Shown piece by piece: positions 50,712 through 60,608 of a DNA stretch of 64,000 nt. The stretch comes from an uncultured Mailhella sp. (GTDB lineage: Bacteria; Desulfobacterota; Desulfovibrionia; Desulfovibrionales; Desulfovibrionaceae): the NCBI RefSeq assembly GCF_944324615.1, contig NZ_CALUWY010000003.1, forward strand, positions 20,559 through 84,558, read 5' to 3'. A program made the position numbers and the translations under genes. The notes below the pieces were generated by a model. That model was not told the DNA's origin, did not search any database, and saw only the letters and a list, made by a program, of their open reading frames with translations. Every line of letters begins with the position of its first letter. Position 1 is the first letter of the stretch.

Positions 50712-52223
50712 TCATTTCTTTGCGTGGTCTTCCTTATGCTTTTCCCCGGCGTTCTTCAGCGCCTTTTTCAGCGTGTCCCGGCAGGTGCGCAGCACGGCGA
50801 GACGGGCGGCCTTCTTGTCTTCCGCCGCAATGATGTGCCAGGGGGCGTAGCCCGTACTGGTGCGCAGGAACATTTCGTCGGCCGCGCGCACATAGTCGGG
50901 CCAGCGTTCGCGGTTGCGCCAGTCGTCGGGCGTGATCTTGTACTGCTTCCACGGCGTTTCCTCGCGTTCCTTGAAGCGGCGCAGCTGCTCTTCGGGGGAG
51001 AAGTGCAGCCAGAACTTCACGAGCACGTTTCCGCCCGCGACGAGCTGTTCCTCAAAGAGGTTGATTTCCGCATAGGCGCGGCTCCAGTCCTCCGGCGCCG
51101 TCAGGCCTTCCACACGTTCCACCAGCACGCGGCCGTACCAGGAGCGGTCGTATACCGTGACGAAGCCTGCACGGGGAATATGCCGCCAGAAGCGCCACAG
51201 GTAGTGGTGGGCCAGTTCTTCATCGGTGGGAACGCCTATGGGGATGGCCCGGCTGATGCGGGCGTCGATGCCGGCCATGAGGCGGCGTATGCAGCCGCCC
51301 TTGCCCGCCGCGTCCCAGCCTTCAAAAATGATGGTGCTGGAAATGCCCTTCTTCCAGGCCTGATAGGTGAGCTCGCGCAGTTCGTCCTGAAGGTCCTTCA
51401 GATCCTTCTTGTAGGTCTCGGGGTCGGCCTTCACGCTCAGATCGATGGCGTCGAGGGTGGAAATGACGCTTTCCTGCGTGATGGGGGCTTCCTTCGGCCG
51501 GGCTTTTTTCGCGTCCTGTTCGGCAAGGGCGCGGTCCACCGCGGCAATGATGGCCCGCGCCACGGCAAGGTCGCGGTAATTGGCGTCGGCCGCATCCACG
51601 ATGGTCCACGGAGCGCAGGCCCTGTCGGTGAGGGTGATGGCGCGGGAGGCGGCGGAGGCAAGGGCGTCGTAATTTTCCGAGGCCTTCTTGTCGTAGGGCG
51701 TGAAGTGCCGCACCTGCTTGTGTTCCAGCCTTTTCTTCAGCCTTTCGGCGTGCTCCTTCTTGTCCAGATGCAGCCATATCTTGGCTATGGCCATGCCGGA
51801 GGCGGCGAGGCTTTCTTCCAGCCCCCGATAGTGGTGCATGCGGGTGCAGAATTCCATTTCGCTCATGTCGCCCGTGCAGAACATGCGTATGGCGGCCCCG
51901 TACCATCCGCCGAAGAACACGCCCACGGTGCCCGCCGCCGGCAGCCGCAGCCAGTAGCGCCAGTCGCGCGGGCGTTCCCGCTCGTCGTCGGTCTCCATCC
52001 AGAACACATGGTTGTGCACGAACTTGTTGTCCATCCATTCCGAAAGCAGGTTGACGACGGCGCCGCGTCCGGATCCGTCCATACCCGCAATGGTGACGAG
52101 AAGCGGTATTTTCCGTTCGATGCAGCGGCGCTGGGCCTCGAAGAGCTTCATGCGCAGCGCGGGCGCTTCCTCCCTGAACTTCTTGTCGCTGCAGCGTCTG
52201 CCGAGAACGACGGTTTCAAACAT
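50712..52223 (-). CDS. pap: Polyphosphate:AMP phosphotransferase (two-domain PPK2)
   Basis: Tandem PPK2 domains: AGMDGSGRG and FEGWDAAGKGG, YDRSWYGRVLVERV, WKQYKITPDDW. Confidence 0.9.
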   Translation of the reverse strand: MFETVVLGRRCSDKKFREEAPALRMKLFEAQRRCIERKIPLLVTIAGMDGSGRGAVVNLLSEWMDNKFVHNHVFWMETDDERERPRDWRYWLRLPAAGTVGVFFGGWYGAAIRMFCTGDMSEMEFCTRMHHYRGLEESLAASGMAIAKIWLHLDKKEHAERLKKRLEHKQVRHFTPYDKKASENYDALASAASRAITLTDRACAPWTIVDAADANYRDLAVARAIIAAVDRALAEQDAKKARPKEAPITQESVISTLDAIDLSVKADPETYKKDLKDLQDELRELTYQAWKKGISSTIIFEGWDAAGKGGCIRRLMAGIDARISRAIPIGVPTDEELAHHYLWRFWRHIPRAGFVTVYDRSWYGRVLVERVEGLTAPEDWSRAYAEINLFEEQLVAGGNVLVKFWLHFSPEEQLRRFKEREETPWKQYKITPDDWRNRERWPDYVRAADEMFLRTSTGYAPWHIIAAEDKKAARLAVLRTCRDTLKKALKNAGEKHKEDHAKK

Positions 52224-52462
52224 GGAGACCTCACAGGTTATCGGTGACGGGCAATGTCCCTTTTTTCAGAATATCCGCCCTGTTGTGAAAGAGCAAGTAC
52301 GCCCGGGCATATCCCTCATGGGGGAACCTGCCCGGAGCCTGCGGAGCATATGTTCAGGCCGGATTTTCCCCTTTGCGCACAAGGAGCTTCCCGGCCGTGC
52401 GCGCCTTTACCCCCGGGCGGCATTATGGCATATTCGGCACAAGCATGACTCAAGGAGTAGAT

Positions 52463-55126
52463 ATGTCCGCAGTCCATGTTCCTGAACATTCCCGGCCTCT
52501 TCTGGAGGCCATTTCGTCGGGCCGTTCCTTTGAGAAGGACGGTTATGTCTTCGTTGCGGCGGATGACTGGCTCATGGCCATAGGCTACTGTCTGGAGGGG
52601 GAGGAAAGCCCGCAGCGCTTTGAAAAGGTGCTGGAGGAGGTCATCCGGGAGAAAAAGCCCTCGGACTGCTTCGCCATTGCGCCGGAGATGCCCGGAAGTC
52701 TGAAGGAATATGTGCAGGACAGGGACGTGTATTATGTCCTTGCGGCGGATGCTCCCGTGCCTGCCCGCCTGCGCGGGCCGGTGCGCCATGCGCGCGAATG
52801 CCTCACCGTGGATGAGACGCGCTTCTTCACGCCGGAACACCGGCGGCTGTGGGCGGAATTTCTGGGCAGAATCCCCCTGCCTCCGCGCATACGGCAGCTG
52901 TATTCGGGGACGGCCTCCGCGCTGGCCAGGGGGGCGGATCTCCGCCTTCTGAACGCATGGGATGCGGAAGGGCAGCTCGCGGCCTGTCTGCTGCTGGATT
53001 ATTCTCTGCCGGACTGCGTGAGCTATGTGCTGGGCGCCCATTCCAAGACGCATTATGTGCCGCATGCGCCGGATCTTCTTTTTGCCGAAATGCTGGAAAG
53101 AGCCCGTGCGGAGGGAAAGCGTTCCGTGCTTCTCGGCCTCGGCGTGAACGAGGGCATCACCCGCTTCAAGCGCAAATGGGGCGGCGTGCAGGATGTGCCC
53201 TATGAACTTGCGGTATGGCAGCCCGCCGCCGCCCGGGGCGAGAGCGTTCTTTCCGACATGGCGTCGATGCTGGCCATGAACATCGCCTCTTCCTCGGGAG
53301 GGGAGGTCTCGCGCTGGAAATTTTTCGATTCCCTGCCCAGGCAGCGCCCCTGCGCCATGCTCTGGCGGCTGGACAAGAACGGCCGGACCTCGTGGATAGG
53401 CGGCTCGGCCCATTTCTTCTGCTGTTCCTTCGAGTATTCCCTGCGTCGTCTTTTCGAGAACGTGGATACGGTGCTTCTGGAAGGCCCCATTGATTCCGAG
53501 AGCATGGACGAGGTGGCCCGCATAGGCCGCACGCCGGAGCCGGATGCGGACAGGGTGATCCGGCACCTTTCCGAAGAGGACATACGCCGCCTTGAGCGCA
53601 CGGTGTACGGGCCGGAAGGCTTCTGGGCGAGGCTCGGCGGCTGGTGCAGGCCCCGCACGCTGGACGTGCGCCGGGTGCTTGCCGAAAGCCGCCAGTGGTA
53701 TGCCTTCTTTTCCCTGTGGACGGCGTATCTTGAACGCCACGGCTGGACGAATTCCGTGGATCTTGAGGTGTGGAACACCGCGCTGGACATGGGCAAGTCG
53801 GTCATGGGCATGGAAAGCCTCGCCGAACAGATAGCCTCTCTGGAATCGGCCCCCATGCCGCGCATCGTGAAGTTCATGAAGGACTGCTCCTTCTGGCCGA
53901 AGCTCATGAAGAGCAACTGTTCCCGCTACCTTGCGGGCGATCTCATGGGCATGATGGGCACGAGTGCGGAGTTTCCCACCCGCACGGGCACCATCATCAG
54001 CGTGCGCGACCAGCGCTTCCGTGAAAGGATGCGCCCCTATATCGAAAGGGGCGGCACGGCCGTGTTCGTGGGTTCCGCACACATGATCAATCTGCGCAAC
54101 ATGCTGGCCGAGGACGGCTTTACCGTGACGCGCGTGCTGCCCACATGGAAGCACCGTTTTTCCGCCTGGATACGGCGCGACGATACCGTGGTTCTTCCGG
54201 GCAATCCCGATGCTCCCGTGTGGGAGAAGGCGCCGGAAAACGTGCGTTCCCATGCCCTGCAGAGCTCCGTTTCCCATGCAGGAAAGGTGCAGGCGGCCGC
54301 GCATGGACCTTCCTCCGGCCGGGCTCTGGCCGATCTCGGGGCGCGCGCTCTGGTGCCGGAGCAGATACCTTCCTATGTGCGGGCCGTTTCCGGGCGCAGG
54401 CTGCAGTCCTGCGAGGGCTTTGCGGCCTGGACCACGGCGGACAGCTGTACGCTGGTGGCCTTCCCCGCAGAGGATGAGCTTGCCTCCTGTCCTCTGGACA
54501 GCGAGGCGTATGCACTGCGCCTGGAAAAGGCCGTGTCTTCGGCGCTGGCCATGCCCGGCCTGCGGCGCATCACGGTGCTTGCGCCCCTCATTCCCGCGGC
54601 CGCGCCTGCTCAGGCCGTGGTGGAGCGCGACGCATGGTGGTGCGTGAAGCTTCCGCACACTCCGGCGCAGAAACTGCGCAACATGCTGCGCCGCGCCTGC
54701 CGTGAAGCCACACTGTCGGTGGAGGAATGGGGGCCGGAACACGATGCGCTGGTGGATCATTATCTCAAGGTGCGTACCCTTGCCCCGGGAACGCGGCATA
54801 TCTTCGGCCGTGTGGGCAGGTATGTGCAGTCTTCTCCCGAAGCGCTGCTTTTTGCCGCGCGCGATGCCTCGGGGAGGCTCCTTGCCATGGCCGTGGGCGA
54901 TTACAGCGCCTTGAGCACGGCGTTTTACATGTTCGCCTTCCGGCAGGACGACTGCCCGCCCGGCGTGAGCGACGCTCTTCTGCGCGCCCTTGCCGATGAG
55001 GCGGAGCGCAGGGGGCAGAGCACGCTGAATCTCGGCCTCGGCATAGACGGCGGCATCACCTTCTTTAAAAAGAAGTGGGGAGCGTTTCTCGCCATGCCGC
55101 ATCTGGAAACGAGCTGGACGGTATAG
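52463..55126 (+). CDS. FemAB/GNAT-like + TraB/GumN + FemAB/GNAT-like fusion protein
   Basis: ATG 52463 after AAGGAG. Two homologous flanking domains end GLG(V/I)(N/D).GI..FK.KWG. The central domain has TraB/GumN motifs GSAH, LLEG, GMES..EQ, VFVGSAH. Confidence 0.7.
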   Translation: MSAVHVPEHSRPLLEAISSGRSFEKDGYVFVAADDWLMAIGYCLEGEESPQRFEKVLEEVIREKKPSDCFAIAPEMPGSLKEYVQDRDVYYVLAADAPVPARLRGPVRHARECLTVDETRFFTPEHRRLWAEFLGRIPLPPRIRQLYSGTASALARGADLRLLNAWDAEGQLAACLLLDYSLPDCVSYVLGAHSKTHYVPHAPDLLFAEMLERARAEGKRSVLLGLGVNEGITRFKRKWGGVQDVPYELAVWQPAAARGESVLSDMASMLAMNIASSSGGEVSRWKFFDSLPRQRPCAMLWRLDKNGRTSWIGGSAHFFCCSFEYSLRRLFENVDTVLLEGPIDSESMDEVARIGRTPEPDADRVIRHLSEEDIRRLERTVYGPEGFWARLGGWCRPRTLDVRRVLAESRQWYAFFSLWTAYLERHGWTNSVDLEVWNTALDMGKSVMGMESLAEQIASLESAPMPRIVKFMKDCSFWPKLMKSNCSRYLAGDLMGMMGTSAEFPTRTGTIISVRDQRFRERMRPYIERGGTAVFVGSAHMINLRNMLAEDGFTVTRVLPTWKHRFSAWIRRDDTVVLPGNPDAPVWEKAPENVRSHALQSSVSHAGKVQAAAHGPSSGRALADLGARALVPEQIPSYVRAVSGRRLQSCEGFAAWTTADSCTLVAFPAEDELASCPLDSEAYALRLEKAVSSALAMPGLRRITVLAPLIPAAAPAQAVVERDAWWCVKLPHTPAQKLRNMLRRACREATLSVEEWGPEHDALVDHYLKVRTLAPGTRHIFGRVGRYVQSSPEALLFAARDASGRLLAMAVGDYSALSTAFYMFAFRQDDCPPGVSDALLRALADEAERRGQSTLNLGLGIDGGITFFKKKWGAFLAMPHLETSWTV

Positions 55127-55260
55127 GGCCGCGGCGGAAGGCGGCGCCTTCCCGCCTGATGAGCGGAGGCAGTTGTATGCAGAGGGCGTTCTGCGCCCCG
55201 AAGGCTCCGGTTTTCCGGCCCGGAGCGGATGGAAGGAACATAGCCGGCAGGGGGAAAGGT

Positions 55261-56316
55261 ATGCCGTCGAAGGTTGAAGAGCTGTTTTCCCGGTTCCGCG
55301 CTCCGGGACTGTGGCAGGACATACGCGAGTTTTTCCATCCGCGCGAGCTGGAATGCCTGCAGGTGGAAGTGACCTCATGCTGCATGGGCAGGTGCGTGTA
55401 CTGCCCGCACACCACGCGCGCCGACGTGTGGAAGAGCCGCCACATGTCGCCGGAAACCTTTGCCGCGCTGTGGCCCGTGCTGTGCAAGACCTCCCGCGTG
55501 CATCTGCAGGGCTGGGGAGAACCCTTCCTCAATCCGTACTTCATGGATTTCGTGTCGCTGGCGCGGCGGGCGGGGTGCGCCGTTTCCACCACCACCTGCG
55601 GCATGCGCATGGATGAGGAGCTTGCAGAGCGCATTGTGGAAAGCGGCATGGACATTGTGGCCTTTTCCCTTACGGGTACCGACGAGGCAGGCAATGCCGC
55701 CCGGGCCGGGGTTCCCTTTGCCCGGGTGGAGGAGGCCGTGCGCACCCTGCAGAAGGTGCGCAGAGCAAAGAACGCCGTGCATCTGGAAATTCATCTGGCC
55801 TACCTCATGCTTGCCTCGCAGGTGGAGGGCGTGCGCGGCCTGCCGGAACTCATGGATGCGTGGGGCGTGCATGCGGCCGTGGTGAGCACCATGGACTACA
55901 TCCCTTCGCCGGACATGGCGCATGAGGCCTTCGCCCCCCATGAGCGGGAGAAGATAGAGGCCGCGCGCGTGGTGCTGGAGGAAACCGGCGCGAAGGTGCG
56001 CGCCGCAGGGCATGATTTCTATGCCTCGCTCCCTGCGCCGGAACCGGCTCCCTGCTGCCGGGAAAGGGCGCATAAAACCATGTATGTGGATGCGGAGGGG
56101 CATATTTCCCCCTGCGTGTACCTGAATGTGCCGCTGGATGCCCCTGATGCGCGGCGCACCGTGTTCGGCAATGTCGGGGAGGAAAGTCCCGTCGCCATAT
56201 GGGAAAAGCCGGAGTATGCCGCGTTCCGCACAGAAGTGCAGACGAGCGATCCGCCTTCCGCCTGTCTTTCCTGCGCCAAGCGCTTCGAGGCCCCCTGCGC
56301 CCTGCAGAACGGCTGA
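55261..56316 (+). CDS. Radical SAM enzyme with SPASM/Twitch domain
   Basis: CMGRCVYC (CxxxCxxC), QGWGEP, C-terminal C...G.ISPC...FGN...W...CLSC; start at ATG 55261 after GGGGGAAAGG. Confidence 0.9.
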   Translation: MPSKVEELFSRFRAPGLWQDIREFFHPRELECLQVEVTSCCMGRCVYCPHTTRADVWKSRHMSPETFAALWPVLCKTSRVHLQGWGEPFLNPYFMDFVSLARRAGCAVSTTTCGMRMDEELAERIVESGMDIVAFSLTGTDEAGNAARAGVPFARVEEAVRTLQKVRRAKNAVHLEIHLAYLMLASQVEGVRGLPELMDAWGVHAAVVSTMDYIPSPDMAHEAFAPHEREKIEAARVVLEETGAKVRAAGHDFYASLPAPEPAPCCRERAHKTMYVDAEGHISPCVYLNVPLDAPDARRTVFGNVGEESPVAIWEKPEYAAFRTEVQTSDPPSACLSCAKRFEAPCALQNG

Positions 56317-56470
56317 GCCCTGCGGGGTGTTTTGCGGCGCGGGCGGAGAGGGGCTTTCCGGCGGGGCGTCGTCACTGCCGGAAGCCGGGAATGCGCGGAG
56401 CCGTGCGAGCCGGCAGGAGGGAAGCCCTCTGCCTTCTGGAAACATGCAACACTGGAAAAAGGGAGAAATC

Positions 56471-56956
56471 ATGTTTGTTCGTCATGCCACCATGGCCGAC
56501 CTTGCGGCCGTTGCCTCCGTGGAAAAGCGTTGTTTTCCCGCGGCGGAGGCCGCCACGGAAGAGGAGTTCCGGGAACGTCTCGCCGCCTATGCCGACCATT
56601 TCTGGCTGCTTTTTGATGAGGAGGGCAACCTTGTTTCCTTCATCGACGGCATGGCCACGGATGAGCCGGATCTTGCGGACGACATGTATGCCGACGCCTC
56701 CCTGCACAGGAAAGACGGCTGCTGGCAGATGATCTTCGGACTGAATACCGTGCCGGAACACAGGGGAAAGGGCTGTGCCGCCATGCTTGTCCGCCGCCTT
56801 GTGGAGGATTCCAGAGCGCGGGGAAAGAAGGGCGTGGTGCTCACCTGCAAGGAGGCGCTCATTCCGTATTACGCCTCCTTCGGTTTTAAGGATGAGGGCG
56901 TATCCTCCTCCACCCACGGCAATGTGGTGTGGCATCAGATGCGGCTTTCCTTCTGA
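56471..56956 (+). CDS. GNAT N-acetyltransferase (AANAT/polyamine acetyltransferase-like)
   Basis: E..CF...EAAT, FGLNT.PEHRGKGCA, LTCKEALIPYY..FGF; start at ATG 56471 after GGGAG. Confidence 0.88.
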   Translation: MFVRHATMADLAAVASVEKRCFPAAEAATEEEFRERLAAYADHFWLLFDEEGNLVSFIDGMATDEPDLADDMYADASLHRKDGCWQMIFGLNTVPEHRGKGCAAMLVRRLVEDSRARGKKGVVLTCKEALIPYYASFGFKDEGVSSSTHGNVVWHQMRLSF

Positions 56957-57351
56957 AATGTCCTGAAATTCAGGACAGGGAAGCGCGCATGCCGCTGAAG
57001 GCCGGGGACGCATGTTTCCGGCCTTTCGTTTTCCCCTTCCGCACCGGAAAGGCGGATTTTTGTGCGGAAAAAAGCTGTTAAAAGAAAAACGACATGATCC
57101 TGACGGATTATGATTTTTTTGCGCAAAAAAGAGCAATGTCGGTGGATGAGCCTCCTTGCATAAATTTTTCAGCTGGTCTACTTGCCTTTGTGAGCAGTAT
57201 AGCGGGGGTGTCTCAGTGACGGGTCGGGGCCCTGAACGGAGCACCGCCGCCCGTACCCGGGCGGCCTGTCCGCTTCTGCTCTTGAGATCGGGCGGCGTTT
57301 TCCCGTGCGATGGTTGCACGAAGAAGGCCCGCCATAGGAGAGGTTGTTTGT

Positions 57352-58800
57352 ATGGTTAGCTTTTTTCTGTGCCTGGCTCTTCTGATCATAGGCTACTTTA
57401 CCTACGGCAAGCTGGTAGAGAGCACCTTTGGTCCTGATGACCGGGAGACTCCCGCCGTGGTCATTAATGACGGCGTCGACTACGTGGTGCTTCCCCAGTG
57501 GAAGCTTTTTCTCATCCAGCTTCTGAACATCGCCGGTCTCGGCCCCATCTTCGGTGCGCTGCAGGGCGCTCTCTGGGGTCCGGTGGTCTTTCTGTGGATC
57601 ACCTTCGGCACTATTTTCGCCGGTGCCGTGCATGACTTCTTCTCCGGCATGACCAGCGAACGCAACAACGGCGCTTCGGTTTCCGAAATCACCGGCAAGT
57701 ACCTCGGCTCCACCATGAAGACCATCATGCGTGTGTTCTCCGTGGTGCTGCTCGTCATGGTGGGCACCGTGTTCGCCGTGGGCCCGGCCGGCCTCATCGT
57801 CAAGCTGTGCAGCGAAGCCGGCGCCACGGGCATCATGCTCAACGCCTCCTTCTGGCTGGTGATCGTGCTTGCCTACTACTTCATCGCCACCTTCATTTCC
57901 ATCGACAAGATCATCGGCAAGGTGTACCCCCTGTTCGGTATCTGCCTGATCATCATGGCCGTGGGCGTGGGCGCGGGCATCGTCATGAAGCCCGAATTCC
58001 AGATTCCCGAAATCTGGGAGAACTTCACCAACATGCACCCCAAGGGCACGCCCATCTGGGCCTTCATGTTCATCACCGTGGCCTGCGGCGCCATTTCCGG
58101 CTTCCATGCCACGCAGTCTCCGCTCATGGCCCGCTGCATGAAGAGCGAACATCAGGGCCGCTTCGTGTTCTACGGCGCCATGGTGTGTGAAGGCATCATC
58201 GCCCTCATCTGGGCCGCCGCCGGCTGCTCCATCTATGAAATCACCAACGGCCAGACCACCGGCCTGCTGGCCAGCCTGGCTTCCGGTCAGTCCGCCGCCA
58301 TTTACGACGTGTGCAGCAAGACCATGGGCGGCATAGGCATCGGCCTTGCCATGGTGGGCGTCATCGTCTGCCCCATCACCTCCGGCGACACGGCCTTCCG
58401 TTCCGCCCGTCTGGTGCTGGCCGACTGGTTCAACGTCAACCAGACCAGCTACAAGAACCGTCTCATCTTCTGCGTGCCGCTGCTCGGTGCGGGCGCTCTC
58501 ATCAGCCAGCTCGACTACTCCATCGTGTGGCGTTACTTCAGCTGGACCAACCAGACTCTGGCCATGATCGTGCTCTGGGCCGCCTCCATGTACCTGTTCC
58601 TCGACAAGAAGAACTACTGGATCACCGCTGTGCCCGCCACCTTCATGAGCGCCGTGTCCATCACCTACTTCTGCATGGCTCCCGAATGCCTCGGCCTCGT
58701 CGTGAAGCTGCCTGTCAGCGTGGCCTACATTCTGGGCATTGCCGCCGCCGTTCTGTTCCTCTCCCTCTTCCTCCGCGCGACGAAGAAGCAGCAGGCCTGA
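57352..58800 (+). CDS. cstA: Carbon starvation CstA family peptide/pyruvate transporter
   Basis: DGVDY, IQLLNIAGLGPIFGA, GAVHDF, TVACGAISGFHATQSP, PITSGDTAFRS, WRYFSW.NQ. Confidence 0.94.
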   Translation: MVSFFLCLALLIIGYFTYGKLVESTFGPDDRETPAVVINDGVDYVVLPQWKLFLIQLLNIAGLGPIFGALQGALWGPVVFLWITFGTIFAGAVHDFFSGMTSERNNGASVSEITGKYLGSTMKTIMRVFSVVLLVMVGTVFAVGPAGLIVKLCSEAGATGIMLNASFWLVIVLAYYFIATFISIDKIIGKVYPLFGICLIIMAVGVGAGIVMKPEFQIPEIWENFTNMHPKGTPIWAFMFITVACGAISGFHATQSPLMARCMKSEHQGRFVFYGAMVCEGIIALIWAAAGCSIYEITNGQTTGLLASLASGQSAAIYDVCSKTMGGIGIGLAMVGVIVCPITSGDTAFRSARLVLADWFNVNQTSYKNRLIFCVPLLGAGALISQLDYSIVWRYFSWTNQTLAMIVLWAASMYLFLDKKNYWITAVPATFMSAVSITYFCMAPECLGLVVKLPVSVAYILGIAAAVLFLSLFLRATKKQQA

Positions 58801-58894
58801 CGGCTGGGTCAGTCTGACCGGGGCCGCCGCGTGAGCGGCGGCCCTTTTTTTCTCCCTTCCAAGGCCGTGAAGGGACCCTTTCGGGGAGTTGACG

Positions 58895-59908
58895 ATGCTG
58901 TATTTCAAACCCGCCAGACTGGGCGGAACCGCCCTGAATGATCAGGAACTCAGGGAAGACCGGAAGTCCTGCCTGGTGTTCGGCCCCTGCGGCGTGGGAG
59001 CAAAGGCCCTGTATCTGAACAGCCTTTTTCTCGACCGCCGCTTCTATATCCCGGTATCCAACATCCGCAGAGCCTACAAGCGCGTTGCCATGAGCAGGGG
59101 CGCGTTTACCGGCAAGGGCATTTTCGGTTCCATTCCCTACCTGGTGGTGGAATACGACAAAGGGGAGAGCGTGCAGTGCACCTTCAAGTACGAGCGCCAT
59201 GTGGATATGATGATCGCCGAGATACAGCGCCGCTTCCCCCATATCAAGACCATGTCCGAGGCGGCGGCGAAACGGCTTGCCGAAGCAAAGGCCGCGGAAG
59301 AGGCCCGCTACAGGAAGGATCTTTCCCCGAAGGCTCAGGCCAGCCTGGAAGAACTTCGTCGCGCAAAGGCCTATCTGGAAGAGCGGCCCGACCTTGCCAC
59401 GCGCCTTGCCGCCGCAAGCAAGGCCAGACGCGTGGATCAGATGACGAATCCCCTGCAGAAGTGGGTGGCTCTGGCCATTTTCTGCCTTGCTCTGGTGGCC
59501 TCGGTGTACGGCGTGTACATCTGGTCCACAGGATCCGGGGATTACGGGCTTTATATCACCCTTGTCGGTCTTGCCGCGCTCTTTTTCTTTGCCGGAGCCA
59601 ACGTGCTGCCCACGGCCCGCAACAACCGCAGGGCCATCATTGCGGCGCTGGAAAAGGCGCGCGGCGATGTGGAGGAGTACATAAGCGCCTACCCGGATTT
59701 TCCGCTTCCCGCCCGCTACGCCCACCCCGCCACGCTTTCGCGCATGATCCGCTCCATACGCGAAGGCCGTTCGGAAACCGTGCCCGAGTCCTACGAGGAT
59801 ATGAAGGCCGTGCTGAAGTCCCTGAATTCCAGCGTGCGCGTCAGTCAGACGGAATACGATGAGGTGGTGGCCATAAAGCCCATGTTTCTGCTGGAAAATT
59901 ATAAGTAG
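58895..59908 (+). CDS. Conserved hypothetical membrane protein (two central TMs)
   Basis: Host-like codon usage, GGGGAG RBS, two TMs near residues 190-235; no catalytic motif recognised. Confidence 0.7.
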   Translation: MLYFKPARLGGTALNDQELREDRKSCLVFGPCGVGAKALYLNSLFLDRRFYIPVSNIRRAYKRVAMSRGAFTGKGIFGSIPYLVVEYDKGESVQCTFKYERHVDMMIAEIQRRFPHIKTMSEAAAKRLAEAKAAEEARYRKDLSPKAQASLEELRRAKAYLEERPDLATRLAAASKARRVDQMTNPLQKWVALAIFCLALVASVYGVYIWSTGSGDYGLYITLVGLAALFFFAGANVLPTARNNRRAIIAALEKARGDVEEYISAYPDFPLPARYAHPATLSRMIRSIREGRSETVPESYEDMKAVLKSLNSSVRVSQTEYDEVVAIKPMFLLENYK

Positions 59909-59922
59909 CGGAAGAGGTTCTC

Positions 59923-59969
59923 CACAGAAAAAGGCCGTGTTTCATGACGAAGCACGGCCTTTTTCTGTG
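59923..59969. terminator. Strong hairpin, likely bidirectional terminator
   Basis: 17-bp perfect stem CACAGAAAAAGGCCGTG / CACGGCCTTTTTCTGTG. Confidence 0.75.
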
Positions 59970-60608
59970 CATGGGGCGTTCCGTGATGCGGGAGCGGAAG
60001 AAATACAGGGACTGTCCATGGGGCGCGGCTTGTTATGCCCTCCTGCCACACGGCGACATGGCCCTGCATCGTGACGCACGGATGAGGTCATGGCCCCGCG
60101 GCAGATGGAGAGAGCCGTGCATGCGGGAAGATACGGGGCGGTCCGCGGCGGATGCAGCACGAGGATGCGGGCGCAGGGGAAAAGAGAAAAGGCGGCCTGC
60201 GGGAGAGCGGCAGGGGGCGGCAGAAGGGCGAAAAAAGGCCCATGCTCCGATGTGCCCGGAGAAAAGAGCCCCGGAAGGCTTTTTCCGGGCGGGGAGATGG
60301 TCGTGTCTCCCGCATCCTGGCAGGAAGGGCCCGTGCGCCGTCCGGCAGAAGGTGCGCACAGAAGGCAGAGTCAGGGTAGCCCTTTTCCGAGGCAGGAGGC
60401 GAAGACAGCATTCCCTCCGCGCGTCACCAGTTTTTCGCCCTTGCCGCGGCATATCCCGGGGCAGCCGCCGCAGCTGACCCATTCCGCCTCTTCAGCGGCG
60501 TGCGGATGCCGGCCGGTGTCTTCCGGGCAAAAAAAAGCCCCGCACGGGGCGGGGCGAGATGCGCGGAGGCGCCCGCCTCCTTCCGGAAAGCGGGCGCACG
60601 GTGATGGT

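Noticed and set aside
55127-55260. RiPP precursor peptide next to the radical SAM gene
   Set aside because: No short ORF with a convincing RBS or leader/core pattern here or in the neighbouring gaps.
56959-56977. Palindrome TGTCCTGAAATTCAGGACA after the GNAT stop
   Set aside because: No U-tract and no downstream promoter context; function unsupported.
57146-57195. T[G/C]AGC at 22-bp periodicity upstream of cstA (LytTR-like repeats)
   Set aside because: Only a 5-bp core is shared; too weak to call without a matrix search.
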